The notes under the pieces are model-generated. The model saw nothing but the letters and a program-made list of their open reading frames with translations. It searched no databases and was not told the DNA's origin. Below are positions 27,003-36,486 of a DNA stretch of 64,000 bases, in pieces (within the stretch, counting starts at the first letter, position 1; every line of letters starts with the position of its first letter). Made by a program: the position numbers and the translations under genes. This stretch comes from an uncultured Methanomassiliicoccales archaeon (GTDB lineage: Archaea; Thermoplasmatota; Thermoplasmata; RBG-16-68-12; EA-27): assembly GCA_964396265.1 (NCBI GenBank), contig CAYNEM010000006.1, positions 60,789 through 124,788 on the forward strand. Reading direction: 5' to 3'.

Positions 27003-29774
27003 TCACGATCGCTTCGCATCCGGAGATGTCGACACGCTCCGGCTGCGGCCCCTGAGGACCGCGACGGTCACACCCGCCGCCAGGATCCCTCCGTCGACCA
27101 CGGCGCCGACGCCAAGCAAGGGCGGGATTGACAGCAACCCGGTGAAGTGCGACAGGATCCCGGTCGCAGCTTCCGCGAGGACGAAGGGGAGACTCGTGGT
27201 GGCAAATGCGACGATAGCGGAACTGCGCCCTCCCTCGTGCCCTTGCGCGCTCCGCCTCGACGACGATGCGCCCAAGGCGATGAGCACGGCGGCGAACACC
27301 GCGGCGACGAGGGGCTTCCAGTTGACATTCGCGGGCGCGAGCGGAATGACGACCTCTACCGCTACGCTCGCCGAGCTCACATTCCCGTCGTCGTCCGCCA
27401 CGACTAACCAGACGATGTAGAACCCGGGCCTGGAGAAAGCGTGCGCCTGCGCGGAGCTCGGCCCGCTCACCGGCGGCGTCCCGTCGCCGAAGTCGAACGC
27501 GTAGTCCACGATCGTCCCGTCGAGATCGCTCGAGCCGCTTCCATCGAAGGTGATCGAGACCTCGACTTCCACGGTGGTCACGCTCGCCGTAATCACCGCC
27601 GTCGGAGCCAGGCCCCACACCGTGACCGTGACCTGATCCGAATCGGTCAGTCCCTCCGTGTCCGCGGCGGTGAACTGCAGGACGTAGGTTCCCAGGACGG
27701 GCGCAAAGAAGTCCGCCGCGTTCGTCGTCCCGCCATTCAGGGTCACGCTCGCGGGCCCGGAGACTTGCGACCATGCGACGACGAGGGCGTCTCCGTCCGG
27801 GTCGGAAACGATGCCGTACACAAAGACCTGGGTGCCCTTGCGGGCCATGAAGCTCGACCCAGCATCGACCGATGGCCCCGCGTTGGAGACGGACACCGTC
27901 ACTTGGACGGAATCCGTGCCCTCGAAGTCCCCGTCATCAACGGTCAGCTCGAACACGTACGTCCCCGAGACCGATGGCGTGAAGTCGGCCGTCGCTGTGC
28001 CTGCGCCGTTCATGACCACGGGAGGCCCGGATATCTGAGACCAAACGTAGGCGAGTCCGTCTCCGTCCGGATCGGAGGAGGCCAAGCCGTCAAGGGGCAC
28101 CGCGGAGTACTTCGGAGCCGTGATGGGCGCTGTGGCAACCGCGACCGGCCGCGCGTTGAGGACCGTCACCACGATCGTGTCTGAGTCGGCGCCGCCAAAG
28201 CCGTCGTCCGCCCGAAGGAGGAACATGCACGTGCCGCTCCGTATCGCGGTGAAGGCCGGCATCGCGTCATTTGGGTCGGACAATGTGATTCCAGTAGGTG
28301 CCGTCCACGCGTACGTCAGAGCGTCGCCGTCAGGGTCAACCGACCCGGTGGCGTCGAGTGCGAGGAGGACGTTCTTCGCGGCGGTGGTCTGATCCGGACC
28401 CGCGTTCGCAACCGGGTTCCGGTTGAGCGGGGTTACTGCGACGGAGGTCTCCCCGATTCCTCCGAAGCCGTCGTCCACGGTGAGGTTGAACACATACGTT
28501 CCAAGCTCGGTCGGGATGAAGGATGCCGTGGCGGTATTGGCGCCCGTCAGGGTCACCTCGGGACCGCTGACCTTGCTCCAGGAAAACGTCAACGAGTCTC
28601 CGTCGGGGTCACCGCTGCCCGTGCCGTCCAATACGACGATCTGTCCGCGGAAGATCGGGGGGGCCGTGGCGGTGGCGCTCGCCGTCGGCGGGCGGTTCTC
28701 AATCTGGATCGTGAGCCCGTCCGTATCATTCTGGTCGGCGCTGTCCCAAACGGTCAGGCTTACGATAAAGGCGCCACGAACGGCGTAGGCGTGCGTCGCG
28801 AGGGGGTTCGTGTTCATCTCTCCGTCGCCGAAATCCCAGAGGTGTGCAGTGAGGCCGACGTCGTCGGTCGATCCCGTGGCGTCGAAGAGGATCTGGGTTC
28901 CGATGTAGCCGCTCATCGGGGTGGCCGCGGCCAAGGCCGTGGGGGGGTTGTCGATCAGGTTCAGCGAACCGCCAAAGACCACCCCGGCCGGATTGCAGTT
29001 GTACGGTCCGTCGCCGCAGCCGAAGAAGCCATTCGCGGCACGGATGGTGATGACGTTTGTGCCCGGGAGAAGGTACGGCAGAATGTCGAAGGTGGCCAGC
29101 GAATCGTGCGCTGGACCGGCAAGGGACTCATCCGTCACGCTGCCAGTTGTTCCCACGAACATGCCGTTGACGCGCACCTCAGCGAAGTCATCCACGGCTA
29201 CCGATGTTGTTCCTCCCGTAAACACCCCGGGGAAGTCGAACACTTTCGAGAAGAAGAATTCCGCGGGGAACGCTGGGGACGTTGTACCATCGATCGCAGG
29301 AGCCCAAATCCACGTCGCGCCTGGAATACTCGACAAGTCGGCCGTCCATCCGTCATAAGGGTAATCATACAACGTGGCCCCCGGAGGGCAATTCGACGGC
29401 GCGAAGTCGTTTAGGCAAATATTCTGCGCGAGGCCCAGGAAGGTCCCCGCGGAATCGGAGACTGACCAGGTGGTGTCCGAGACGAACGGAATCGTTCCCG
29501 TTGGGGCGTCCTCTTCGTCGTCGTTCAGAACGCCGGTGTTCGCGGCCACGAACAGGTCCGGGCCTGTATCGGGGATTGGCAGCGCGCTCAGGGGGTGGGG
29601 TTGGAGGAGACCTGCGGAGGGCGCCTCGTCCAGACGAGGGCTTGCGATCGACGAGCCCCCATCGTCCGCCGAACTCGCGAGGAGTTGGGACGACGGGGGG
29701 AGGACCAACACCGCCAACACCGCCAAGGCGACGACCGCTGCGGCTCGCAACCCCTCGCCCTCCCTCCGGTACAT
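27003..29774 (-). CDS. cell-surface protein with multiple PKD domains and C-terminal TM anchor
   Basis: Signal peptide. At least five PKD-like units (e.g. GTQILFDATGSTDDVGLTAHLWDFGDGE..; FDGSGSSDLDGTIVDYAFDFGDGT..). C-terminal hydrophobic helix plus basic tail. Confidence 0.8.
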   Translation of the reverse strand: MYRREGEGLRAAAVVALAVLAVLVLPPSSQLLASSADDGGSSIASPRLDEAPSAGLLQPHPLSALPIPDTGPDLFVAANTGVLNDDEEDAPTGTIPFVSDTTWSVSDSAGTFLGLAQNICLNDFAPSNCPPGATLYDYPYDGWTADLSSIPGATWIWAPAIDGTTSPAFPAEFFFSKVFDFPGVFTGGTTSVAVDDFAEVRVNGMFVGTTGSVTDESLAGPAHDSLATFDILPYLLPGTNVITIRAANGFFGCGDGPYNCNPAGVVFGGSLNLIDNPPTALAAATPMSGYIGTQILFDATGSTDDVGLTAHLWDFGDGEMNTNPLATHAYAVRGAFIVSLTVWDSADQNDTDGLTIQIENRPPTASATATAPPIFRGQIVVLDGTGSGDPDGDSLTFSWSKVSGPEVTLTGANTATASFIPTELGTYVFNLTVDDGFGGIGETSVAVTPLNRNPVANAGPDQTTAAKNVLLALDATGSVDPDGDALTYAWTAPTGITLSDPNDAMPAFTAIRSGTCMFLLRADDGFGGADSDTIVVTVLNARPVAVATAPITAPKYSAVPLDGLASSDPDGDGLAYVWSQISGPPVVMNGAGTATADFTPSVSGTYVFELTVDDGDFEGTDSVQVTVSVSNAGPSVDAGSSFMARKGTQVFVYGIVSDPDGDALVVAWSQVSGPASVTLNGGTTNAADFFAPVLGTYVLQFTAADTEGLTDSDQVTVTVWGLAPTAVITASVTTVEVEVSITFDGSGSSDLDGTIVDYAFDFGDGTPPVSGPSSAQAHAFSRPGFYIVWLVVADDDGNVSSASVAVEVVIPLAPANVNWKPLVAAVFAAVLIALGASSSRRSAQGHEGGRSSAIVAFATTSLPFVLAEAATGILSHFTGLLSIPPLLGVGAVVDGGILAAGVTVAVLRGRSRSVSTSPDAKRS

Positions 29775-29807
29775 GTGCGTTCGCCCCCAGCTAAGGAACG
29801 CCGCCGC

Positions 29808-32210
29808 TCACGGGATGAAGTTCTGCGTCTCCGGCAGCGGCAGCACGATCGGGACCTCGAAGAGGTTCGTCGGCGTCGGGTGGATCACGACGAGGCCGTC
29901 GCTCGCGAGGAACTGCGCGGCCTGTTCCTGCGCGCCCCGTGAGATGGCGGCGAAGTACGCGTCGGTGATGACCCCCTGGATAGGGAACGGGTGGGGGTTC
30001 TTCCGCGCGGCCGTCGTGCAGGGGTTGGCGGCGCACGCGAGGTCGTGGCGGTAGTACGTCGTGTACGCCTCGAGGCCTCCGGCCCGGATCACGGCGCTGG
30101 CGCTGGGATTCGGCTGGGTCTGGTCTCCCTTTGCCATCTGGATGAGAACGCCTCGAACGCGCACGTCGTCCTCGTCGCATTCGTCATCATCGTCGTCGTC
30201 ATCATCGTCGTCGTCATCCTCGCAGCTCTGGAGGACCGTCCGAAGGTGTTTCGCGTAAGCGATCGGTTCCCCGGATTGCATCGCCCACTCGCTCCACTCC
30301 ATGTACTCTTGGATCGCGATCGCTCCGGCCACGGTGTTGACGAGCGGCGGCTGGTCTCGGAGCGGGATGTTCTCGTTGAAGACGATGCCACCCACGTTGA
30401 TCAGGGAGGGAATCCGGCTCGCGAGCGTCCTCCCGACGATGTCCCGCTGGTTCCCTAGGCGCTGGAGATGAATCTGCGGGCCGCCCATCGCATTCAGGAC
30501 GCTGGCCCGGATGGCGGGCTCGATCGCAACGAGTGGGCCGCCGAAATTGGTGCCTAACGACCACCCGAGGAAGTACATCCGGTCGGCATCCAGGTCCGGG
30601 GCGCCGTCGCCGTCCACGTCGATGCCCAGCTGGACGGCGCGGACGAGGACCAAGTGGTCAATGGCCGTCTGCTTCATGGCGTGCGCACGGCTGAGCAGTT
30701 CGTACGGTTTGAGCGCGAGCCCGCCCTCCTGTGATCCGATGACCTGGTTGCCGTCGACGTCCCTGCTGCGTCCGCCCGCGAGGAAAGTCGTCGAGGAGCC
30801 GTCGACCAGCGTCACCCGATTCGTGCTGTTCGGACCGAGTCCTCGCCCCACCGGATTTATCACCATGGAGGCGATGCCATACTTGGCAAGGGTGGGCGCG
30901 AGCAGCGTCGGGAACACTTCCTTTTCCCGGTCGCCGCCGACCCCGAGCATCGCCACGGGCCAGCCGTCCTCCGGCTCCGGCCCCGAGGGCAGCAGGAGGT
31001 TGAAGTAGAGGTCCTGCATGCCGGTGACTGGCGGCACTCCGTCCTCCGTTCCGACGACATTGAAAGTCACGTCGGGCCTCAGGAAGTTCGGCGCTGAGAG
31101 GCGCCCGTAGGCGATCGATCCGACGGCCCCCGGGACGAAGGCGAATGCGTTGAAGTTGACGTTGACCGTCGTGAACGAGTCCGGGGAGACTCCGGTGTGC
31201 CGGATGGCGGCGATCGATCCGATTTCCGAGAAGGAGTACACGGTTCGCGCTCCCCCGGGTCCAAGCCCGAAGTCCGCGACGGGCGCCGGGAGCGAGCGCA
31301 CATAGTCGCGAATCCGCGACATAGCACCGGTAGTGGACTGCGTCGTGAACACGGTGGCCACCGCGACCTCTTTCTTCGAGACTCCAGCGTCACGCGCCGC
31401 ATCCAGGGCGTCTTGGATCGCCTCCCTGTAGTGACGGGTTCTGCGGTCCCCCGAATGGCGCTCGTCGTCATCGTCATCGTGGTCGGCCTTGCCTCTAAGG
31501 AATGCGGCGAATTCCGGACTCTTCCCCACAGGGTTGCCCGCGGGGTCGCGCACGCCGGTCGTAACAATCAGGGCGTAACGCGTCGCCTCCTCGAGCAGTG
31601 GATCCGCCTCGACGAACAGCGTGGAGGTCGCCGGGTCCCAGACGACTTGGTTAATTCCAATCCTCATCGCCCTTTCATTGTCGTCGTGACGTCCGCCCCG
31701 GTCCTGATCTCGCCCTCGATCGTCATCGTCGTCATTCAGTACGAGAAGAAATACGGTGTCCGAGCTCACGGAGGTCGGGTCGATGGCCCCGTTGAACGGG
31801 ATGGCGAGCCGCGGCAGCAGGTTGAACCCATCGAGCGTGTTCAGGATGTCGATGTCCTGGCAGTCGGAGGGACGCACCGCACAGTCAGGCTTTGGCAGAG
31901 AGATGCGCAGACCGGTGATTTGGTCGTGATCCCGGATAGTCCACAAGTCGCTGGGGAACGGCGACGTCTGCGTCGTCCCCAGGTCGAACCGCGGATATGT
32001 GCCCGCAGGCGGACTTCCGGGCGCGGCCACGACGCCCGCGAGCGCCGGTATCACCAATGCCGCCAAGATCCACCCGCCCCACCAAGCGCGACCGAGTGGA
32101 AATCCGTTCGAACCCCTTCCCGCATTCCTCCCTGCACTCCTCCACACCGAAGCCGTTTCGATCGAGTCCGACATATAATCGCCGAACTGCGAAGGATGGG
32201 GGCGATACAA
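29808..32210 (-). CDS. secreted alpha/beta-hydrolase-like protein with poly-Asp insertions
   Basis: Signal peptide (an alternative start at MSDS 32174 is possible). GWSLG nucleophile-elbow-like motif. Acidic tracts DDDDDD, ADHDDDDDERH and CEDDDDDDDDDDDDECDEDD, the last encoded by a (GAC/GAT)n microsatellite at about 30171-30230. Confidence 0.6.
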   Translation of the reverse strand: MYRPHPSQFGDYMSDSIETASVWRSAGRNAGRGSNGFPLGRAWWGGWILAALVIPALAGVVAAPGSPPAGTYPRFDLGTTQTSPFPSDLWTIRDHDQITGLRISLPKPDCAVRPSDCQDIDILNTLDGFNLLPRLAIPFNGAIDPTSVSSDTVFLLVLNDDDDDRGRDQDRGGRHDDNERAMRIGINQVVWDPATSTLFVEADPLLEEATRYALIVTTGVRDPAGNPVGKSPEFAAFLRGKADHDDDDDERHSGDRRTRHYREAIQDALDAARDAGVSKKEVAVATVFTTQSTTGAMSRIRDYVRSLPAPVADFGLGPGGARTVYSFSEIGSIAAIRHTGVSPDSFTTVNVNFNAFAFVPGAVGSIAYGRLSAPNFLRPDVTFNVVGTEDGVPPVTGMQDLYFNLLLPSGPEPEDGWPVAMLGVGGDREKEVFPTLLAPTLAKYGIASMVINPVGRGLGPNSTNRVTLVDGSSTTFLAGGRSRDVDGNQVIGSQEGGLALKPYELLSRAHAMKQTAIDHLVLVRAVQLGIDVDGDGAPDLDADRMYFLGWSLGTNFGGPLVAIEPAIRASVLNAMGGPQIHLQRLGNQRDIVGRTLASRIPSLINVGGIVFNENIPLRDQPPLVNTVAGAIAIQEYMEWSEWAMQSGEPIAYAKHLRTVLQSCEDDDDDDDDDDDDECDEDDVRVRGVLIQMAKGDQTQPNPSASAVIRAGGLEAYTTYYRHDLACAANPCTTAARKNPHPFPIQGVITDAYFAAISRGAQEQAAQFLASDGLVVIHPTPTNLFEVPIVLPLPETQNFIP

Positions 32211-32341
32211 GGGAAGATTGGAACGTGACCTGATAGATTATCAAGTCTCTTTGGTGCGTCAGCTTATACGTCTTGGGGGGGAGGCGCCTTCGGAGGCTAT
32301 GCCTCCCACATGGGTTGGCGATTCGATTGCGGCTCCAGGGG

Positions 32342-35300
32342 CTATCGCGGCGCCCCCCAATCGTCGGTTTCGTCGACGGGCTCGGGGTCGGTGGCACTGC
32401 CTCGATCGGCCTGGGATCCCGCATCGCCCGGGACGTCGCCGAGATTTGCGGTGTACCTTTTCGCGCGCCCTTTCCTCTCCACGCGTAGGACCCCCAGCGC
32501 TGCCATCCGACTGATGTGGTAGCTGACGGCGGGCTGGCTCACGCCCACATCCTTCGCGAGTTCCTTTTGTGTGAGTCCCGATGTCCCGCGGATCCTCTGG
32601 AGCAGGAGGAGTTCGATGTCCGTGAGCCTGGGCTGCATCTCCGCCACGCGATGCCCGTACGGAGCGTACCGCCGGAACCGGCCGTCTCTCCAAGACTTGA
32701 TTTCTCCTTCCTTTTCAAGGACCCAGAGGTGGTAGGTCAGCGTGCCCATCGCCATCTTGAGGTCCGCGCGGATTGCGGCGAAGTTCGCGGCAGGGTTTGC
32801 CGCCAGGTAGCCCACGACCATGCCGCGCTTCTCGTGGTCCAGGATGTCGCCGTGGGTGAGCCGCGCCCACAACACAGCGAACGGTACCCAGAACGACCGC
32901 CGCAGGTACTCGTACAGCCATGAGATGGAGACCGCGATACTTACGGTCACCGCGAGGACGATCCAGATGAGCGGGAAGGGAGCGGCGGGCGTCGCCACGA
33001 TGGTCACGAGGAACGCGCGTTCCACCGCCTGGTTGTTCAGTCGATCCCAAGCGCGGTGGACCACCACATGATCGCCCGCCGGGAGCGAAAAGCTGACTTC
33101 ATACGGAATCCAGGACCCGTTGTCCACTTGGTACTCGATGCGGTCGACTCCGCTCCCTGCATCGGAGGCGGACAAGGTGAACCGAGTGGCCGTCGTGAAG
33201 GGGCCTTGGTCGGGCGTGTATGTCGTGGCCGGCGGCGTATTGTCAAGCACGACGCGGAGCACGCCCGCCACGTTATTGCCTAGGAGGTCCGTCGCTCGGT
33301 ACTCCAGCGTCCTCGGTCCGTCAGCGCCGACGAGAGTCAACGGCGCCGCGTACGGAGTCCACGCGCCGTCCCCGTCGAGGCGGTATTCCGTCAGGGCGAC
33401 ACCAACAGGAGTTGCCCCGCCATCCGCCGCCGCGAGCGCAAGCGCAGTGGAGGAGTTCACGAACGTGTCCGCAGCGACGAACTTGGGCTCTCCAATCGCG
33501 AGGGTCGTCGACGGCGGTGTGTCGTCCACGCGGAGCCGTGCGGAACGCGCCACTTCCCGCGTCCCCGTGTTGTCCTCGCTGTACCACCCGAGAAGGTGCT
33601 CGCCCTCGCTAAGCAGCGAGAACGGGCCCACGTAGTCAATCCACAGCGGGGCGTTGTCGATCCTGTAGCGCGTGAACCTGATGCCTGTGCCGTTCCTGTC
33701 GAGGACCGAGAGGGAAAGGGGAGTGACCGATGTAACGTACGTCTCCGGAGCTGTGTGGTTGGGTTGCCCGATGAGGAGGGCGGTGATAGGTCCGAAGATC
33801 ACTTGGATCGTCGCGCACGCTTCGTTGTTCGACTCGTTGAGCTCGTCGATCCCGTCTCCCGAGTCCACGACCACGCAGATGTCATGTGCACCGGACGGCC
33901 ACGCTGTCCATGTCACCGAGGCGCGGCCGGTCCCGCCGAAAGGGCCTATCTGCGGGATTAGCTGGTCCGTCCCAATCGGGAACCCGCCGGTTGGGGGACC
34001 GTCGAAGAAGCGGACGCGGACCGCGGATGCGACGCCAACGCCTTCATTGTGCACGGTCGCTTCGATGATCAGGTCCTCTCCGGGGTTCACCGCGAGCGGT
34101 GGGACGAAGGCGATGTCCGCGGGGACGACGCTTAGGTCGGAAGGCCACACGAACTTCGCTACGAAGGCATCCTTCCAGTTGTTGACGTCTGCACTTGAGT
34201 CATCCAAATCCGTATCCCATGCGCCGAAGGTGGACGGGAAGTTCGACGACTGCGTTTCTCCGGTCACGTACGCATTGCCCGCGGAATCGAGGGCGATCGA
34301 CCTCGCGAAGTCGAGGTCACGCCCGCCCAGGTACGTGGAGTAGTCGAGAACGACGCCCCCTGGACCCAGCCTCGTCACGAAGCCGTCGCGTGCCCCCCGG
34401 TTCTGCGTGGAGTTTGCGTCGGGGGTGGGGGGGAAATCGGCTGAGTTCGTGTCCCCCGCCACGTAGGCGTTCCCCGCGCGGTCCACCGCAATCCCGTATC
34501 CGTAGTCACGCTTAGCGCCCCCGAGAAATGTGGCGTAGAGGAGGGCGGTCCCCGTGGGATCGACCTTCGCCACGAAGGCGTCGGTTACGCCGTTATGGGT
34601 GGTGTCGTTGGCCCCATTCGTAGTGGTGAAATTCGTGACGTCTTCCACCGTGGACCCCGTCACGTAGGCGTTTCCGGCGCCGTCCACGGCAATCCCCGAT
34701 CCTTCGTCGAGCCCACTGCCTCCGAGGAACGTGGCGTACACGAGGGAGGTGCCCGCGGGATTCACCATCGCCACGAACGCGTCCCCCGGTCCGCCACCGT
34801 AGGTCTCTTGGACTACACCGGCAGTGACAGGGAAGAATGATGCCGAATCCACCTGTCCCGTTACGTATGCGTTGCCGCCCGAGTCGACCGCGATCGAGAG
34901 GCCCGAGTCGTTCCCAGACCCGCCTAGATACGTTGCATAGTCCAGTGAGCCGCCAGTGACGTTGAGCTTCGCCACGAAGGCGTCCGACGCTCCGCCAAGG
35001 GTCGTGTCGTTCGCGCCAATTCTCCAGGGGAAGTCATCGGAAGATGTGTCTCCTGTAAGGAACACGCTCCCTCCGGGGGCCACCGCAACGGAGTTCCCTC
35101 CGTCTGCCCCTCTGCCCCCGAGATAGCTTGCATAGAGGAGGGCTGCGCCCGTTGCGTTCAGACTCGCCACGAACGCGTCCGACGGTCCGCCAAGGGCCGT
35201 GTCGTTCGCGTTAGGGGTGAAAGGGAAGTTGTCGGAAGATGTGTTTCCCGTGACATAGACAGCACCTAGGGTGTCAACGGCGATCGACCGCCCGCGGTCT

Positions 35301-36388
35301 TCGCCGCCGCCGCCGAGATAGGTCATGTAGATGAGGGAACTGAGCGTGCGATCCAGCTTCGCCACGAAGGCGTCGACTGTTCCATTGAGCGTTTCGTCGA
35401 AAGACCCGAGTGTCGCTGTGAAGTTCGCGGACTCGGTCTCCCCCGTCACGTAGGCATTGCCGTCCGCGTCCACAGCGATGGCGGTTCCCCCGTCGGCGCC
35501 GGGCCCGCCAAGAAACGTAGCGGTGAGGAGAGGGTCGATCACCAAGGGTTTAGAGCCTTCCACCCCTTGGCATCGCAGGCCGTAGGAACGAGGACCGCGA
35601 GGGACGAACGCGCACGGAACGCGATCTGCTCCTTGATATGCGATCGGCGCGGAGTCGGTGAGACTCCCCACGGATGTTTGGATCCACGCGTTGCCGGCTC
35701 CATCAATCTCAATCCCGTCCGCACCATCGTACACCAACGTGATGTCCTCGGGGCTTACGCCCGCAAGGAGGTGGAACTCGTATTTCACGCCAGTAGGAGT
35801 TGCGCGGTAAATGAGATCCACGCCTCGATATAGATCCTCATACACGACCTCGCCGTAACTCCGGACGCCCGTCCGCCAGAGAGCGGGATCGCTTCCCAGG
35901 AAGAAGTGGCTCAGATGGGGGCTGGGTTCCCTCGCCCGCGGGAGTACATCGTTCGCACCTTCGAACAGGAGCTGCAGCATCACTCCCCTCGAGTGGGCAG
36001 ATCCGTGCAGCTGTGCCGTGGGCATCATCGGATGACGTTCGTCTCCCATCGACGATTGCGAAGTCTCGACGACTTTGAGGAGAACGGAGCTCTCCGCAAA
36101 TCCCGCTTGGAGATCCCGCGATACGATGTAGAACCGCACATCTCGGTTGTGGATCTGACCTCGGTTTTCTATGAAAGATGAAGACACCGGTTCATCGAGA
36201 ACCCGGTTCGCAACCATCTCCATAGGAACGGACTGCGCTCTGTCCTCAGCGTTCATGTGATCACTGTCTGGCGAGGGGGCGATTCCGGCGAGGCCCGAAG
36301 AGACCGCGAGAAGAAGCGGCCAGAGCCACCACGATTTGTTCCGCGCGTCGAAACCTCGCGTTGGCATCTCTGACCTAAGCGAAATCAA
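32342..36388 (-). CDS. membrane-anchored beta-propeller (SBBP-type repeats) / CARDB protein with cytoplasmic tandem winged-helix DNA-binding domains
   Basis: Signal peptide. About 8 repeats of DAFVAKLNxTG..LxYATYLGGxGxDxGxxIAVDxxGNAYVTGxTxSxxFP (SBBP-like). CARDB segment. One TM helix (PFPLIWIVLAVTVSIAVSISWLY). C-terminal MarR/TrmB-like wHTH twice (..GMVVGYLAANPAANFAAIRADL..; ..LLLQRIRGTSGLTQKELAKDVGVSQPAVSYHISRM..). Confidence 0.8.
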   Translation of the reverse strand: MISLRSEMPTRGFDARNKSWWLWPLLLAVSSGLAGIAPSPDSDHMNAEDRAQSVPMEMVANRVLDEPVSSSFIENRGQIHNRDVRFYIVSRDLQAGFAESSVLLKVVETSQSSMGDERHPMMPTAQLHGSAHSRGVMLQLLFEGANDVLPRAREPSPHLSHFFLGSDPALWRTGVRSYGEVVYEDLYRGVDLIYRATPTGVKYEFHLLAGVSPEDITLVYDGADGIEIDGAGNAWIQTSVGSLTDSAPIAYQGADRVPCAFVPRGPRSYGLRCQGVEGSKPLVIDPLLTATFLGGPGADGGTAIAVDADGNAYVTGETESANFTATLGSFDETLNGTVDAFVAKLDRTLSSLIYMTYLGGGGEDRGRSIAVDTLGAVYVTGNTSSDNFPFTPNANDTALGGPSDAFVASLNATGAALLYASYLGGRGADGGNSVAVAPGGSVFLTGDTSSDDFPWRIGANDTTLGGASDAFVAKLNVTGGSLDYATYLGGSGNDSGLSIAVDSGGNAYVTGQVDSASFFPVTAGVVQETYGGGPGDAFVAMVNPAGTSLVYATFLGGSGLDEGSGIAVDGAGNAYVTGSTVEDVTNFTTTNGANDTTHNGVTDAFVAKVDPTGTALLYATFLGGAKRDYGYGIAVDRAGNAYVAGDTNSADFPPTPDANSTQNRGARDGFVTRLGPGGVVLDYSTYLGGRDLDFARSIALDSAGNAYVTGETQSSNFPSTFGAWDTDLDDSSADVNNWKDAFVAKFVWPSDLSVVPADIAFVPPLAVNPGEDLIIEATVHNEGVGVASAVRVRFFDGPPTGGFPIGTDQLIPQIGPFGGTGRASVTWTAWPSGAHDICVVVDSGDGIDELNESNNEACATIQVIFGPITALLIGQPNHTAPETYVTSVTPLSLSVLDRNGTGIRFTRYRIDNAPLWIDYVGPFSLLSEGEHLLGWYSEDNTGTREVARSARLRVDDTPPSTTLAIGEPKFVAADTFVNSSTALALAAADGGATPVGVALTEYRLDGDGAWTPYAAPLTLVGADGPRTLEYRATDLLGNNVAGVLRVVLDNTPPATTYTPDQGPFTTATRFTLSASDAGSGVDRIEYQVDNGSWIPYEVSFSLPAGDHVVVHRAWDRLNNQAVERAFLVTIVATPAAPFPLIWIVLAVTVSIAVSISWLYEYLRRSFWVPFAVLWARLTHGDILDHEKRGMVVGYLAANPAANFAAIRADLKMAMGTLTYHLWVLEKEGEIKSWRDGRFRRYAPYGHRVAEMQPRLTDIELLLLQRIRGTSGLTQKELAKDVGVSQPAVSYHISRMAALGVLRVERKGRAKRYTANLGDVPGDAGSQADRGSATDPEPVDETDDWGAPR

Positions 36389-36486
36389 TCGGCGTCCCCT
36401 TGATGTAGTAATTGGAAGGCCATCTTATAGGTCTGCCGAGGGCAAGTCGAAGCCTTGATATGGGGACACTATGATACGTTCTGTCA

